From positions 2,752,001 through 2,816,000 of the forward strand of contig OY759316.1 in assembly GCA_963662275.1 (NCBI GenBank): a stretch of 64,000 nt of DNA, in the 5' to 3' direction. The position numbers and the translations under genes are program-made. The stretch is from Candidatus Cloacimonadales bacterium (GTDB lineage: Bacteria; Cloacimonadota; Cloacimonadia; Cloacimonadales; DAONDQ01). Shown in pieces: positions 19,363-28,299 of the stretch; position 1 is the first letter of the stretch; every line of letters starts with the position of its first letter. The notes beneath the pieces were generated by a model. That model searched no databases. It was not told the DNA's origin and saw only the letters and a list, made by a program, of their open reading frames with translations.

Positions 19363-20631
19363 CTAAAACGTATATTGAATATAAGCATTCATTTGATAAA
19401 GATTATCAATATCCTGGTTCCCATTTTTGTAATAATCACCCGGTATCCCGTAGGCAGCCTGGATAACAAAAGATAGTTCCTCAGTAATCGTATTCTTTGC
19501 AGTAACATTGATCTCTGTTCCCATTAAAGTGCTTTTTGCTTCAAGTACGGTCGTACCATCATCAGAAAGATATTTTTTGCTCATCGCTGAAACATAGCCG
19601 ACTGCTCCAATCATTGTAGTAATTTGACTAACCGGGACTTCAGCCGTTCCAACAATAGAGAGGATACCTTGTCCTTCGTTACTGGCTGTAAAGCTTCTCC
19701 AGCCAATGTTAGCATGTTCATGCGATGAACCTCTGCCAAATATTGTCAACCCATTCAAATACCATTCAGAAATGACTTTGAACTCTGTGGTCTTTTTGTC
19801 TTCACTATAATCATTACCGCTGGTCATAAGGAAATCAATACCCAGTTTTGGTTTGATATCAATGGTTCCCTTCGCGGAAAAAGCCCAACCATTATTGGTA
19901 ATACCTGATTTCTCTGTACTGTAATTGTACGCAGCCATCAGATCCAGATTTAATGGATTCAGTTCTAGTGTATAATTAGGCATAAGCCATAGATCAAAAC
20001 GATTTACATGAGGTCCGGTTACATCGTCTCTTTCAGTGAAACGCATCAGATTCTGCATATTGATGAATGGAGTATTGAAATTTACCAGGTAAAGATCATT
20101 GTCTGTATCTGTAGGGGCATCTGTATCCCAATCATGACCTTCCACTAATTTGGCATAACCCAATTCAAGATTTGAATTTTTCGTTATTTGCTTATTCATT
20201 ACAATTGCAGCAAAATCATCATCCCAAACAAGACTATGATCATCTCCCCACCATTGCAGTCCAATCTTCCAATCAGCCTTTGTCATCGGACACTGAAAAT
20301 CAATGTAGGCATCGACAGTCTGAATATTAAATCCCCTGGTATCTATACCGCCACCTTCTGCAGCATTTCCCCATTCTACATAATCAATGTATTTGGGGTT
20401 TCTTGAACCCATTTGTACTTTCCAAACAGCTTTCAGGATATCGCTTGAAGAAAAAACTAACTCCACACCGATCTTGCTGTCTAGATAATGAGTCGTGCGA
20501 CTATTACCCTCAGGTGCAATGTTGTTAAATAATGCTGTCCTGGTTTTAAAAAAACCTGTATAGGTAAAGTCTGTAGCATATAAACTCAGCATACATGCTA
20601 ATACAATTAAGAATAATAACATTTTCTTCAT
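19363..20631 (-). CDS. Porin-like outer-membrane beta-barrel protein
   Basis: 422 aa, signal peptide, alternating hydrophobic strands, C-terminal YIQYTF. Confidence 0.75.
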   Translation of the reverse strand: MKKMLLFLIVLACMLSLYATDFTYTGFFKTRTALFNNIAPEGNSRTTHYLDSKIGVELVFSSSDILKAVWKVQMGSRNPKYIDYVEWGNAAEGGGIDTRGFNIQTVDAYIDFQCPMTKADWKIGLQWWGDDHSLVWDDDFAAIVMNKQITKNSNLELGYAKLVEGHDWDTDAPTDTDNDLYLVNFNTPFINMQNLMRFTERDDVTGPHVNRFDLWLMPNYTLELNPLNLDLMAAYNYSTEKSGITNNGWAFSAKGTIDIKPKLGIDFLMTSGNDYSEDKKTTEFKVISEWYLNGLTIFGRGSSHEHANIGWRSFTASNEGQGILSIVGTAEVPVSQITTMIGAVGYVSAMSKKYLSDDGTTVLEAKSTLMGTEINVTAKNTITEELSFVIQAAYGIPGDYYKNGNQDIDNLYQMNAYIQYTF

Positions 20632-20702
20632 AATCTCTCTCCCTGTAATTCAGTTATTCTTTCTATATGATAAATTTGGACATTATCCCAAATCCAGGAT
20701 GA

Positions 20703-21791
20703 TTAGAATAAATCCATATTGATACCAAGGTCTTTCTGCATAACTTCAATATTCTTACGAAGATTTTCGTTAATGGGAACACCTTCTTTAATTACATTCT
20801 GTTCAGAAATGAATTCTTTTTCTCCGGCAACATAGATCTTATCTCGACCGGGAATTGTCTTGGAATGTTGCAGATGATACATGATATCCCCTGTAGTCTT
20901 CTTGAAATCAGCAATATCCGTAAAGAAATCGATATTAATCGCCAGGAATAGATGACCGAGTTTGTAGGGAGCTGGTTTCCCTTCTTCGTCAGTGCCATGC
21001 AGTTGATGCAGATAGCTGCCATTTTGCAGAGCAGCACAGAGTATCTCCACCATTGCAGACAGCCCATAACCTTTGTGGCTTCCGGAAACTTCATCTGACC
21101 CGCCAATAGGTAATAGTGAAGCTGTCATATCGATCAGATCTTTAAGAAGGATCTTTGTATCCGTACTGGATTTTCCTTCCAAGTCAATTGCCCAACCTTC
21201 AGGAGTGGGTTTATTTTCTCTGTCCAATACTTCGATCTTCCCTCTTTGAGTAATGGAAGTCGCTGCATCATAGAGAAATGGAAAAGGATAATCTGCTGGA
21301 GCTCCAAAACAGATTGGATTTGTTCCTAACAACGGTTCAACACCATTTGTCGGACAAACAGATGGTCTTGCATTTGTAAAGGTCATACCAATCATCTCTT
21401 TTTCTATTGCCATACTGGCATAATATCCACAAATTCCATAATGTGTGGAATTCCGAACAGCAACACATCCTATGCCATACTGAGAAGCTTTTTCGATCGC
21501 TTTCTCCATGGCTCGATATCCTATCACATGTCCCATGCCATGATTACCATCCCATAGCGCTGTTGCTGCCTTATCCCTGATAATATCAATCCTGGTTTGC
21601 GGTGATTGAATCCCTTTTTTAATTCGGTCATAATACATCTTCAAACGACCTACCCCGTGAGATTCTATACCTCTCAGATCAGAAGCGATTAAGATGTCAG
21701 AACAAATAAGAGCTTCATCTTCAGGAACACCTAATTTAATGAAAACTTCCTGCATAAATGAATGGATTTGTTTTACTGGTAAATAATTCAT
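20703..21791 (-). CDS. Ldh_2 family (malate/L-lactate/L-sulfolactate type) oxidoreductase
   Basis: DLRGIESHGV, VRNSTHYG, LGTNPI and HKGYGL motifs. Confidence 0.92.
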   Translation of the reverse strand: MNYLPVKQIHSFMQEVFIKLGVPEDEALICSDILIASDLRGIESHGVGRLKMYYDRIKKGIQSPQTRIDIIRDKAATALWDGNHGMGHVIGYRAMEKAIEKASQYGIGCVAVRNSTHYGICGYYASMAIEKEMIGMTFTNARPSVCPTNGVEPLLGTNPICFGAPADYPFPFLYDAATSITQRGKIEVLDRENKPTPEGWAIDLEGKSSTDTKILLKDLIDMTASLLPIGGSDEVSGSHKGYGLSAMVEILCAALQNGSYLHQLHGTDEEGKPAPYKLGHLFLAINIDFFTDIADFKKTTGDIMYHLQHSKTIPGRDKIYVAGEKEFISEQNVIKEGVPINENLRKNIEVMQKDLGINMDLF

Positions 21792-21855
21792 GATATCTCC
21801 TTTCGGAATAATGGGGATATACGAGCGGAAGGGTGGATTTAAGGCAACAAATTTT

Positions 21856-22063
21856 TAGGTGTTAGTTGCTAGGTGTTAGGTGTTAGGTCAGAAAAGACGG
21901 CTTGCTGAGTGGTTTCGAGCCTATAAAAAATTGCTGGAAGAAAGTGTTAGGTGCTAGGAACCAGTAATCATTACCAAGATGGGAATCCCTTTCCTTCTGC
22001 TCTTCTCTGAACTAAAACCTAGTACCTAGCACCTAACACCTAGCACCTAGCACCTAACACCTA
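21856..22063. repeat. Inverted heptamer arrays (TAGGTGY)n
   Basis: Five units on + at 21856-21890, two at 21944-21958, about six in reverse orientation at 22018-22063. Confidence 0.9.
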
Positions 22064-23149
22064 CTCCTTCACATAATTCACCACAGGTGTACCCATTGAA
22101 GAGGGTAAGATTCCATTCGGACTATCCCAGATTGACTGAACTTGTTCGGGAGTAAATGTGAAATCATAGAATCCGATTTCATCCATTCTACCTTTGAAAT
22201 AGATATAAGAACCATCATATGAAATTCGTGCTTCAGTGACTGGTTCGGAAGAATTATATATAGGTCCTCCAATTGAACCCGTGTGACTTGCGATCACAAC
22301 TCCATCATAATAGATTTTTACTGTTAAGCCATTGTAGGTAATACACATTAGATGCCAAGTACCTTGAGGTTTTACTTCTGTAGCAGATATTGCTTCAATC
22401 CATTCCAGGTTCTGCGTAAGAATTCCAGCATGAATATGATCACAATATATCCATAAACCATAACTAGGTTTATTCTGATAAGCAGGATTAGATGGTATGG
22501 AAGCTTTCCACAGGAATGGAATCCATCCACTTGGATCTGAATTCCAGTTACCCCAGATCGCCCAGGAAAAATTGACAGGCAAATCTAGAGTTGGGCTGTC
22601 CGGAAAAGTGATATAATCATCGCGTCCATCTATGAAAACAGCGGCATTACTGAGTCCATTACTCTGGAAACGGATACCGTTCAAACCTGTTCCATCATTA
22701 TCATTAGCTGAAGAATCCAGGAAATTATAATCAAAACTCCAATGTGCCAGATTACCTTTACCACCAATGATATTAATACCCTGGATCGCTGCTTTAGAAA
22801 CATGAGTAGCTGTTTTACCGCTGACGGTTGTCCTTGTATAAGCTTTGGCAAGGAAATTACCTGTAGCAGGAACATAAGTATAGCGAATACTGTCTATATA
22901 ACCATAACGATAAAAGAAATTTGAAAAAGACTGCTTTTTTGTAAATCCTGCTACTGCCGGAAAATGTTGTGATTCTGCAAATTTGAGAGCATATCTTAAA
23001 GCATAATTAGATAGATTCTGAGTTTCTTTGGATGATATATCATTCGTGAAAACCTGCGGTAACTTCTTCCCTTCATGATACATGCTCAGAGACATCGCGG
23101 CAAATGCTGTGCCCAATGCAATAATGCCTATTAATAAAAGCCTTCCCAC
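22061..23149 (-). CDS. LamG-like jelly-roll protein with an N-terminal hydrophobic, pilin/PilX-like segment
   Basis: GTG start; AHWSFD...DSSAN.NDG...DG.DDYI...WHL...TYNG..VKIYYDG...FKGRMDEI LamG_3 motifs. Confidence 0.75.
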   Translation of the reverse strand: MGRLLLIGIIALGTAFAAMSLSMYHEGKKLPQVFTNDISSKETQNLSNYALRYALKFAESQHFPAVAGFTKKQSFSNFFYRYGYIDSIRYTYVPATGNFLAKAYTRTTVSGKTATHVSKAAIQGINIIGGKGNLAHWSFDYNFLDSSANDNDGTGLNGIRFQSNGLSNAAVFIDGRDDYITFPDSPTLDLPVNFSWAIWGNWNSDPSGWIPFLWKASIPSNPAYQNKPSYGLWIYCDHIHAGILTQNLEWIEAISATEVKPQGTWHLMCITYNGLTVKIYYDGVVIASHTGSIGGPIYNSSEPVTEARISYDGSYIYFKGRMDEIGFYDFTFTPEQVQSIWDSPNGILPSSMGTPVVNYVKE

Positions 23150-23909
23150 TTTTCACCTCTTTTTTAATGATCAATCATATCTCTCGAAATTTACATCAAG
23201 ATAACGGATTAACCTATATTAATTTAATGCAATTTGAAAACCAACATATCACATATGTGCTACCCCTATAATATAAGGATTAATGCATGTTTGGAGAATA
23301 GTGAAGATTTTATCTGTCACTGGATCAATATTAAAGTAGGATATTTGTAATTTTTTTATGACGTAAAGGAAGAGATTAGGGATTAGATCTGCTCTATCAA
23401 TTCTGAATTCTTTCTGATCGACCTGGAGTGAACAGATGGTCATTGAGCGAAGTCGAAATGCCTCTGTTAGTATCTTGGAGGCGACCATGGAAGTGCGAAG
23501 CGCGAAGTTCGAAATCCGAAGTTGATGAATAAAAGGAAAATGAATCCTCCGAGTGATTTGCTTCAACTGATTGTATCGAGGAGACTACAAAATTACTGGT
23601 TCTGTTCTATACTCGGTTCATTTTGATACGATTTCTCCTTTTTCGACTCACCCTTTTATCCCTCTCTTGTTCCAAAAGAGGGAAGTTTAATCACTCAATA
23701 AACCGGCTCTGCTATTTATTTATTATTTTTTGATAAGCTTTCATATAAAGTCCGAATCGCCTATTATATAGAGTGAATAGTTAAATCCATACCAGACGAT
23801 TTGGACTCCAAAATCAGCGAATGAAACCACTAACGGTGGTGACTGTCTTCAGCTTGTCGCCTCTGTACGGTAACCTGAAAGATACCACTACCAGCATTCT
23901 CTGCAATTC

Positions 23910-24695
23910 TTAATTAATAACTCTTAAATGCTTCTCTATCAATTCCTTAATTAATTGAGAAGAGAGCGGTGGTCCATTCGAAATCATTTCCTCATCAACA
24001 AAAAGAGCGTCTGACAATCCCCATTCTTCCTTAACCGCTTTTTCTTTAGTATCGTAGATTCTAGTAATGACTTGATCCCCAAACTCCTTAGCTAACGCCA
24101 AAGTCCTTTCATAGTTTACATTTTGGGATGGACACCAGCCATAACTGAAAAGAGAGATGACAACTTTTCCCGTTACTAGTTCTGGTGATTTCTTCTGTCT
24201 TAACCATTTAGGAGAAATTGCATCCTTCGTGAAAGGTTTCCAAACCAATACTGCCATTCCATCTACGTCACATTCCTGGTAACCATACTTTTCGAACCAG
24301 GCAGAATTCATCCAGTAAGGCATTGATAATCCCCATGCAGCTATGCCTTTAGCTCCCAATTGTCCTACATCTTCTTCAGCAGCTCTCAGTAGCTCAGGAC
24401 CCATTCCCTGTCCTTGATGATTACCCCTTCCAGCAGAGTGACCATGAATCCAGATACATAATACAAAATACAAACTTTCACCTTCAATAACTGAATGTTC
24501 TATCGGAATATATTGGATAAAACCTGCGATTACATTCTCATCAGAGATAGCAAGTTTTACTCTCAAACCTTTATTTTTATAAAATTCATACCATTCCTGC
24601 TTCTTCTTACCTGCTTCCTTCATATAATCTGCCCAATCTTCCAGGCAGATGAAATAATCCTGCTCATTTTCCTTGGTCAAATCTATGATCTTCAT
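23910..24695 (-). CDS. GNAT N-acetyltransferase (YoaP-like) with C-terminal thioredoxin-like segment
   Basis: GFIQYIPIE, LCIWI, HQGQGMG acetyl-CoA loop, GWCP motif. Confidence 0.85.
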   Translation of the reverse strand: MKIIDLTKENEQDYFICLEDWADYMKEAGKKKQEWYEFYKNKGLRVKLAISDENVIAGFIQYIPIEHSVIEGESLYFVLCIWIHGHSAGRGNHQGQGMGPELLRAAEEDVGQLGAKGIAAWGLSMPYWMNSAWFEKYGYQECDVDGMAVLVWKPFTKDAISPKWLRQKKSPELVTGKVVISLFSYGWCPSQNVNYERTLALAKEFGDQVITRIYDTKEKAVKEEWGLSDALFVDEEMISNGPPLSSQLIKELIEKHLRVIN

Positions 24696-25147
24696 ATTTC
24701 CTCCTTTACGAAAGCATTGACTTCAAGTATTTAAATATTTATACTTTTATTTATTGTCAAATGATTCTCTTGGGAGATGCTCGCAATTATCACTATAACA
24801 CATTAGAGAATACCAGTATGTTCTCAAGATGATTTATCACTCAAGAAAGATGTCGATGAACTATTTTCTCCACCAATTGTAATTGACATTTTTGCATTTT
24901 TTATTTGTTGAAGCCTGTCAGATGTATGCGGTTCGCTTCTATATCATTATTATACAATACATCATTTTCTATCAGAAGCTAACCATGAGTGTAGAGCATG
25001 ACTCCGATCATGATGAATCAGCGTGTGGAATAAGATTCCAATCTTATTGAATACCTGACTAAAAGGGCAAGTGGTCTTCATAATCGACATTTTCATCCCC
25101 GGTAGCGAAAGCCTGTTTTCAGGGAAGTTCAAAGCTCGATCTTTCAG

Positions 25148-25680
25148 GAGTAGCTGCCAAATCCTGTATGATTCTCTGCTCTGCCAATCTTAATTTTTAA
25201 ATCTTAAATATCTGCGAAAACCATTGACAACAAGTAACGCTTTTCCATAAATAGATAATATATGGAGGAAAACCATGGTTAAAAACCTTTTTCTCTTTAT
25301 TTTTATCTATTCTATACTATTGACGTCCTGCATGAAAGAACGGAAGCATACGAATCCGTTCGATCCACTGGTGAATATAACGACCTCCCCTACAGGTTTA
25401 ACCTTGGAACAAACAAGTGTTACTTCGATTAAGTTAAGTTGGAATGATACTTACGATGGAGAGACCGGTTATCGAATTGACCGTAAAGTTGGTAATGGAA
25501 AATGGCAGCAGGAATATGCTGAAGTACTTCATAATACAAAAATATACAATGATACAAGTACTCAACCACTTCAGACATATTATTACAAAGTTTCTGCTCA
25601 GTATGATGCGAATTATTCGTTGCCAATTTCTGGAAACCTGACAACCAATTTCCCAGCACCAAGTAATATTGTTTCTACAC
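25148..25680 (+). repeat. Direct duplication (second copy ~28167-28705) covering the upstream region and the first ~130 codons of both FGE lipoproteins
   Basis: GAGTAGCTGCCAAATCC...TTGACAACAAG...GGAGGAAAACCATGGTTAAAAACC is essentially identical; identity decays along the CDS. Confidence 0.95.
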
Positions 25681-27971
25681 AGACTGGAGCTTCCATGATC
25701 AAACTCACTTGGATGGATAACAGCGTTGGAGAAGAAGGATTTGTTATTGATCGGAAGGCAGGAACAGGGGTTTGGGTAATGAATTATGCATCTGTTACTG
25801 CTGATACAACGCAGTATGTAGATAGTTCAATTGCATGGGGAACTCCTTATTATTATCGAGTAAAAGGAAAATCTGGTATAGCTTATTCAGCAGAAATAGA
25901 AACGTCATTAACCCCATCTTTCCCTGCCCCCAATAATTTAGTTCTAACCCAGACTGGAGCTACTTCAATATCTCTTCATTGGCAGGATAACACAACTTGG
26001 GAAGATGCTTACATTATCGACCGGAAAGTAGGAACCGGAAATTGGATATTGAATTATGCTTCTGCCAGTGTTAATGCTATTCATTTAACTGATTCTGCTG
26101 TTTTTCCTGATTCCATGTATACATATCGCATCAAAGCAAAATCAGGAACAGTATTTTCAAACTCTATTGAATCTACTTTAACTCCAATATTTCCTGCTCC
26201 AAGCAACCTGAAAATAACACAAAATGGAGCAACGTCATTACTTCTTCAGTGGCATGACAACAACCCATGGGAAGATAGCTTCATCATTGACCGGAAAGTT
26301 GGCAATGGAGCTTGGTTCATAGATTATTATACAGCAAATGCAAATGTAAACAAATTCACTGATACGGATTTAACTTTGGGAACAACCTATTCATATCGAA
26401 TTAAGGCTCGAACTGGAACAACTATTTCAAACACTATTGAGTCATCTATAACAACTTTATTTCCTGCTCCCAGTAACTTAGTATTAACACAAAATGAAGC
26501 CACGTCTTTGCTAATTCAATGGCAGGATAACAGCCAAGGAGAGGACGGTTTTATAATCGATCGGAAAACAGGCAATGGTAACTGGGTTACTAATTTCAAA
26601 ACGATAAAAGCTAATGCAACCCAATTCACTGATCGTGGATTAACTTTGTGGACAGCTTATACCTATCGTGTTAAAGCTTATGTGGGACAGATAACCAGCA
26701 ACTATTCTGATGAATCCACTTTAGCAATTCTTCCTGTTTCTACACCTACATTCAATCCCATAGGTGGAATATATAATACACCCCAAACGGTTTCAATTTC
26801 ATGCACGACACCAGGGGCTACAATAAGATATACTATAGATGGTAATGACCCTACTTACTCATCTGCGGTTTATGACGTCCCACTCAATATATCAACAACG
26901 ACTACAATAATAAAAGCTAAAGCATTTAAGAACGGTTGGGTAGATAGTCAGACAGCTTCTGCAACATATACTCTTTCAGTAGCTACCCCTACTTTCTATC
27001 CAATTGAAGGTACATATTATTTTACCCAGACTGTTTCAATTTCAAGTGCAACACCAGGAGCAACGATTCGATATACTACTGATGATAGTGAACCTACATC
27101 GGCATCAGCAATATATTCCTCCACCCTTAACATATCTTCTACAACAAAGGTAAAAGCGAAAGCATTCAAAACTGATTGGATAGATAGCCAAACAGTTTCA
27201 GCTACTTATAGAATCTCACCAATTCCTACTAACTTTGTCTTGGTGGAGGGAGGAACTTTCAATAACGGTACATCAGATGTGACTGTCAGTAATTTCTATA
27301 TAGATATGTATGAGCTGACACAATCTGCCTATCAGGCTATAATGGGGAATAATCCTGCTCATAGTTATGGAGTTGGCAGCTCACATCCAGTTTATTTTGT
27401 ATCCTGGTTCAATGCAATAAAGTATTGCAACAAACGCAGCATTGCAGAATGTCTGACCCCCTGCTACAGTTATAGTTCCTTTGGCACTAATCCTGCAGAC
27501 TGGCCTGTTGGATGGGATACAAGTTATGGAGAACATATTTATATAGCTTGCTCTTGGACAGCCGACGGTTATCGTCTTCCCACGGAAGCTGAATGGGAGT
27601 TTGCAGCTCGTGGTGGTAATCAGACACATAATTATACTTATAGCGGTAGTAACAATGTTGGTGAAGTGGCTTGGTATCTTGACAACTCATATTCTTCAAC
27701 TCATCCGGTTGGCTGTTTAACTGCCAATGAACTTGGATTATTTGATATGAGCGGTAATGTCTGGGAGTGGAATTGGGATAAGTATGGTACCTTCCCCAGC
27801 GGAGCGCAGACTAACCCGCATGGAGCTGTTAACGGGTCTTATCGGGTGTTACGCGGTAGTAGTTGGAACTATAATGCCCCCGGCATCGTTCTTTCCTATC
27901 GGAGCTACGGTTATGCAAATGACCCCACCACCAATTATGTTGGGTTCCGCCTTTGTAGGATTATCCCTTGA
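25275..27971 (+). CDS. Lipoprotein: 5x FN3, 2x FN3-associated/chitobiase-like domains, C-terminal FGE-sulfatase (C-type lectin fold) domain; putative DGR target
   Basis: Lipobox LLTSC; IRYT.DG..PT domains; YRLPTEAEWEFAARGG, NELGLFDMSGNVWEW, RVLRGSSW...GFRL. Confidence 0.88.
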   Translation: MVKNLFLFIFIYSILLTSCMKERKHTNPFDPLVNITTSPTGLTLEQTSVTSIKLSWNDTYDGETGYRIDRKVGNGKWQQEYAEVLHNTKIYNDTSTQPLQTYYYKVSAQYDANYSLPISGNLTTNFPAPSNIVSTQTGASMIKLTWMDNSVGEEGFVIDRKAGTGVWVMNYASVTADTTQYVDSSIAWGTPYYYRVKGKSGIAYSAEIETSLTPSFPAPNNLVLTQTGATSISLHWQDNTTWEDAYIIDRKVGTGNWILNYASASVNAIHLTDSAVFPDSMYTYRIKAKSGTVFSNSIESTLTPIFPAPSNLKITQNGATSLLLQWHDNNPWEDSFIIDRKVGNGAWFIDYYTANANVNKFTDTDLTLGTTYSYRIKARTGTTISNTIESSITTLFPAPSNLVLTQNEATSLLIQWQDNSQGEDGFIIDRKTGNGNWVTNFKTIKANATQFTDRGLTLWTAYTYRVKAYVGQITSNYSDESTLAILPVSTPTFNPIGGIYNTPQTVSISCTTPGATIRYTIDGNDPTYSSAVYDVPLNISTTTTIIKAKAFKNGWVDSQTASATYTLSVATPTFYPIEGTYYFTQTVSISSATPGATIRYTTDDSEPTSASAIYSSTLNISSTTKVKAKAFKTDWIDSQTVSATYRISPIPTNFVLVEGGTFNNGTSDVTVSNFYIDMYELTQSAYQAIMGNNPAHSYGVGSSHPVYFVSWFNAIKYCNKRSIAECLTPCYSYSSFGTNPADWPVGWDTSYGEHIYIACSWTADGYRLPTEAEWEFAARGGNQTHNYTYSGSNNVGEVAWYLDNSYSSTHPVGCLTANELGLFDMSGNVWEWNWDKYGTFPSGAQTNPHGAVNGSYRVLRGSSWNYNAPGIVLSYRSYGYANDPTTNYVGFRLCRIIP

Positions 27972-28299
27972 GATTTGTGTAAATTTTGTAGCTAGCTTTG
28001 TAAGCTGTTATGTTGTTGGATTTGTAACCATGCAACGGTGGTGATTACTGCAGGAATCGTGGCAGCATCGTTTACGTTGCTTTTCTCCACCAGAGCATTC
28101 AATACCTGAAGGAGTTTCCACACAGCCTAAAGGAGTAACCACCGAAGTTTCCACTCAGCCTGAAAGAGTAGCTGCCAAATCCTGTATGATTCTCTGCTCT
28201 GCCAATCTTCAATCTTAAATTTTAAATCTTAAATATCTGCGAAAACCATTGACAACAAGTAACGCTTTTCCATAAATAGATAATATATGGAGGAAAACC

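Noticed and set aside
23249..23566. 105-aa ORF
   Set aside because: Its 5' half is made of heptamer and palindromic repeats (ISNFALRTS); no RBS or recognisable domain.
27993..28019. dif/Xer site suggested by TTATGTT
   Set aside because: Only 4 nt separate TAA and TTATGTT (dif needs 6), and the arms match poorly.
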